The notes under the pieces were generated by a model. The model worked only from the letters and a program-made list of their open reading frames with translations, made no database searches and was not told where the DNA came from. From Pavona decussata (taxonomy: Eukaryota), in contig CDRNST010000049.1 of NCBI GenBank assembly GCA_977016875.1, positions 3,224,001 through 3,288,000 of the forward strand: 64,000 bases of DNA. The letters are read 5' to 3'. Shown in pieces: positions 62,836 to 64,000 of the stretch. Positions within the stretch are counted from its first letter, which is position 1. Each line of letters starts with the position of its first letter. The position numbers and the translations under genes were made by a program.

Positions 62836-64000
62836 TACAAGTACGTGTCTTGCAACCCGCCAGAAATGAGCGAAATCTATTTTTTTGAACGAGTCCGGAC
62901 CGGTATTACTGGTATTACGGATTGTTGTCTCTTCCTAACTCTAATTGCGTCTGTAGTTTGCGGAAAAAATATATGGCTTGCTCTTTACTGGGTGAGCTTT
63001 AGTACTCTTTTAATTCATGTCTTTATTCTTTTATCCATTTATAAACTGGGAAATGTTTATATCAAGAAGGCCCGGTGGCACATCTTTATTAAAGATAAAG
63101 AAATAGCAAATCACCTCTAAAATGTATCAGTTGCTGCTGAAGACTTCCGTAACATCTGCTTGAGGCAAAGAGACAAGGCGTTTAATGAAGTCAAACAAAT
63201 GCGGCTCTTAGTTGCGTTGGCCTTCTTTCTTCTTGAAATAGAAAAAGCTTTCTATAAAATTACACGTTTTGTGCGCCCGTGGCAATACTGGACTTTTCCC
63301 GAATAGAAGAAATTTTGTCGATTAGATGCAAACGTTACGGGCCTAAACTCTGGGCACTTGTGCCAGAATCAAGAGTGTAGTGCGAAACATTTTTTTTTTT
63401 TCTCGTGTAAACCCGGATTGAAACTTGAATATTGATCGGCTTAAAATTAACTGCCGGGTCAACTACACTAAAAATCTCACTTGCATGATGAATACAGCAA
63501 TTCAGAAAAGGGTGATTCTACCATACTAAGAACAATTTTAGTTTAGTTAAGTCAGTTGGTTTACATGGGTCTAGGCGTTTAATTAGCATTTGGCAGGTTA
63601 TGCAAGCTGGACTCACTTCAGCTAAGAAATTATATTGCGGGCGCCTGAATAGCCTTTGGATGACTCCAAACTCAACTACCCCTTGAAATCCGGATGCTGT
63701 TGATTTTGCTGCCTTAATTTTAAATCCAAAAGCTTGATCATACGCTTTTAGATATGAATTTATGGCTTTACTCACGATCTCAAGCCATTTGCTTTGGCAA
63801 GTAATTGATAACAGACCCAAGGGAACTTTCCTAAACTAGTCTGTTTCACAAGTCTAACACATCACAAGGCTTTGGATAAATGCAAGCTCGCTTATACTGA
63901 ACAGCTGCCATAAGTGTATTTTTCCACTTCTCTGGCATATATAACGAACTTTAGGGGTCTTTTTTACTTGTAGAATTTCTATTTTAGAAGCTCTGCACAC

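Noticed and set aside
61435-63820. Minus-strand ORFs 61435-61707 and 63518-63820 as genes
   Set aside because: They show only faint resemblance to decayed LINE ORF2 fragments, too weak to call either a gene or an element.

Overview
This is AT-rich, intron- and repeat-rich animal genomic DNA. It is most likely from a scleractinian coral or other anthozoan, inferred from the repeat families and the GPCR type, and it has three short assembly gaps. Manual splice reconstruction gives four gene-like units. (1) A complete 21-exon minus-strand gene (24800->3483, 566 aa) encodes a FLACC1/ALS2CR12-like ciliary coiled-coil protein; it has 17- and 21-nt micro-exons and one apparently obligatory GC-AG intron. 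(2) A ~29-kb minus-strand locus (~56600->27311) encodes a cell-surface protein with three F5/8 type C (discoidin) domains, about five Ig-like domains (four lacking the canonical disulfide) and a GPI-anchor-like tail. It has a WSC-like cassette exon inserted inside one Ig domain and two symmetric exons with in-frame stops, and its 5' end looks damaged. It is either a decaying paralogue or an alternatively spliced lectin-Ig receptor. (3) An intronless class A GPCR lies on the plus strand (60354/60405-61277). (4) A weakly supported 3' fragment of another minus-strand gene lies at 209-851. The rest is MITEs (PIF/Harbinger-, Tc1/mariner-, MULE- and Kolobok-like), Crypton and LINE remnants, tRNA-derived repeats and microsatellites. 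All gene models are hand-derived from GT-AG/phase logic and remembered family motifs; no database search was run.
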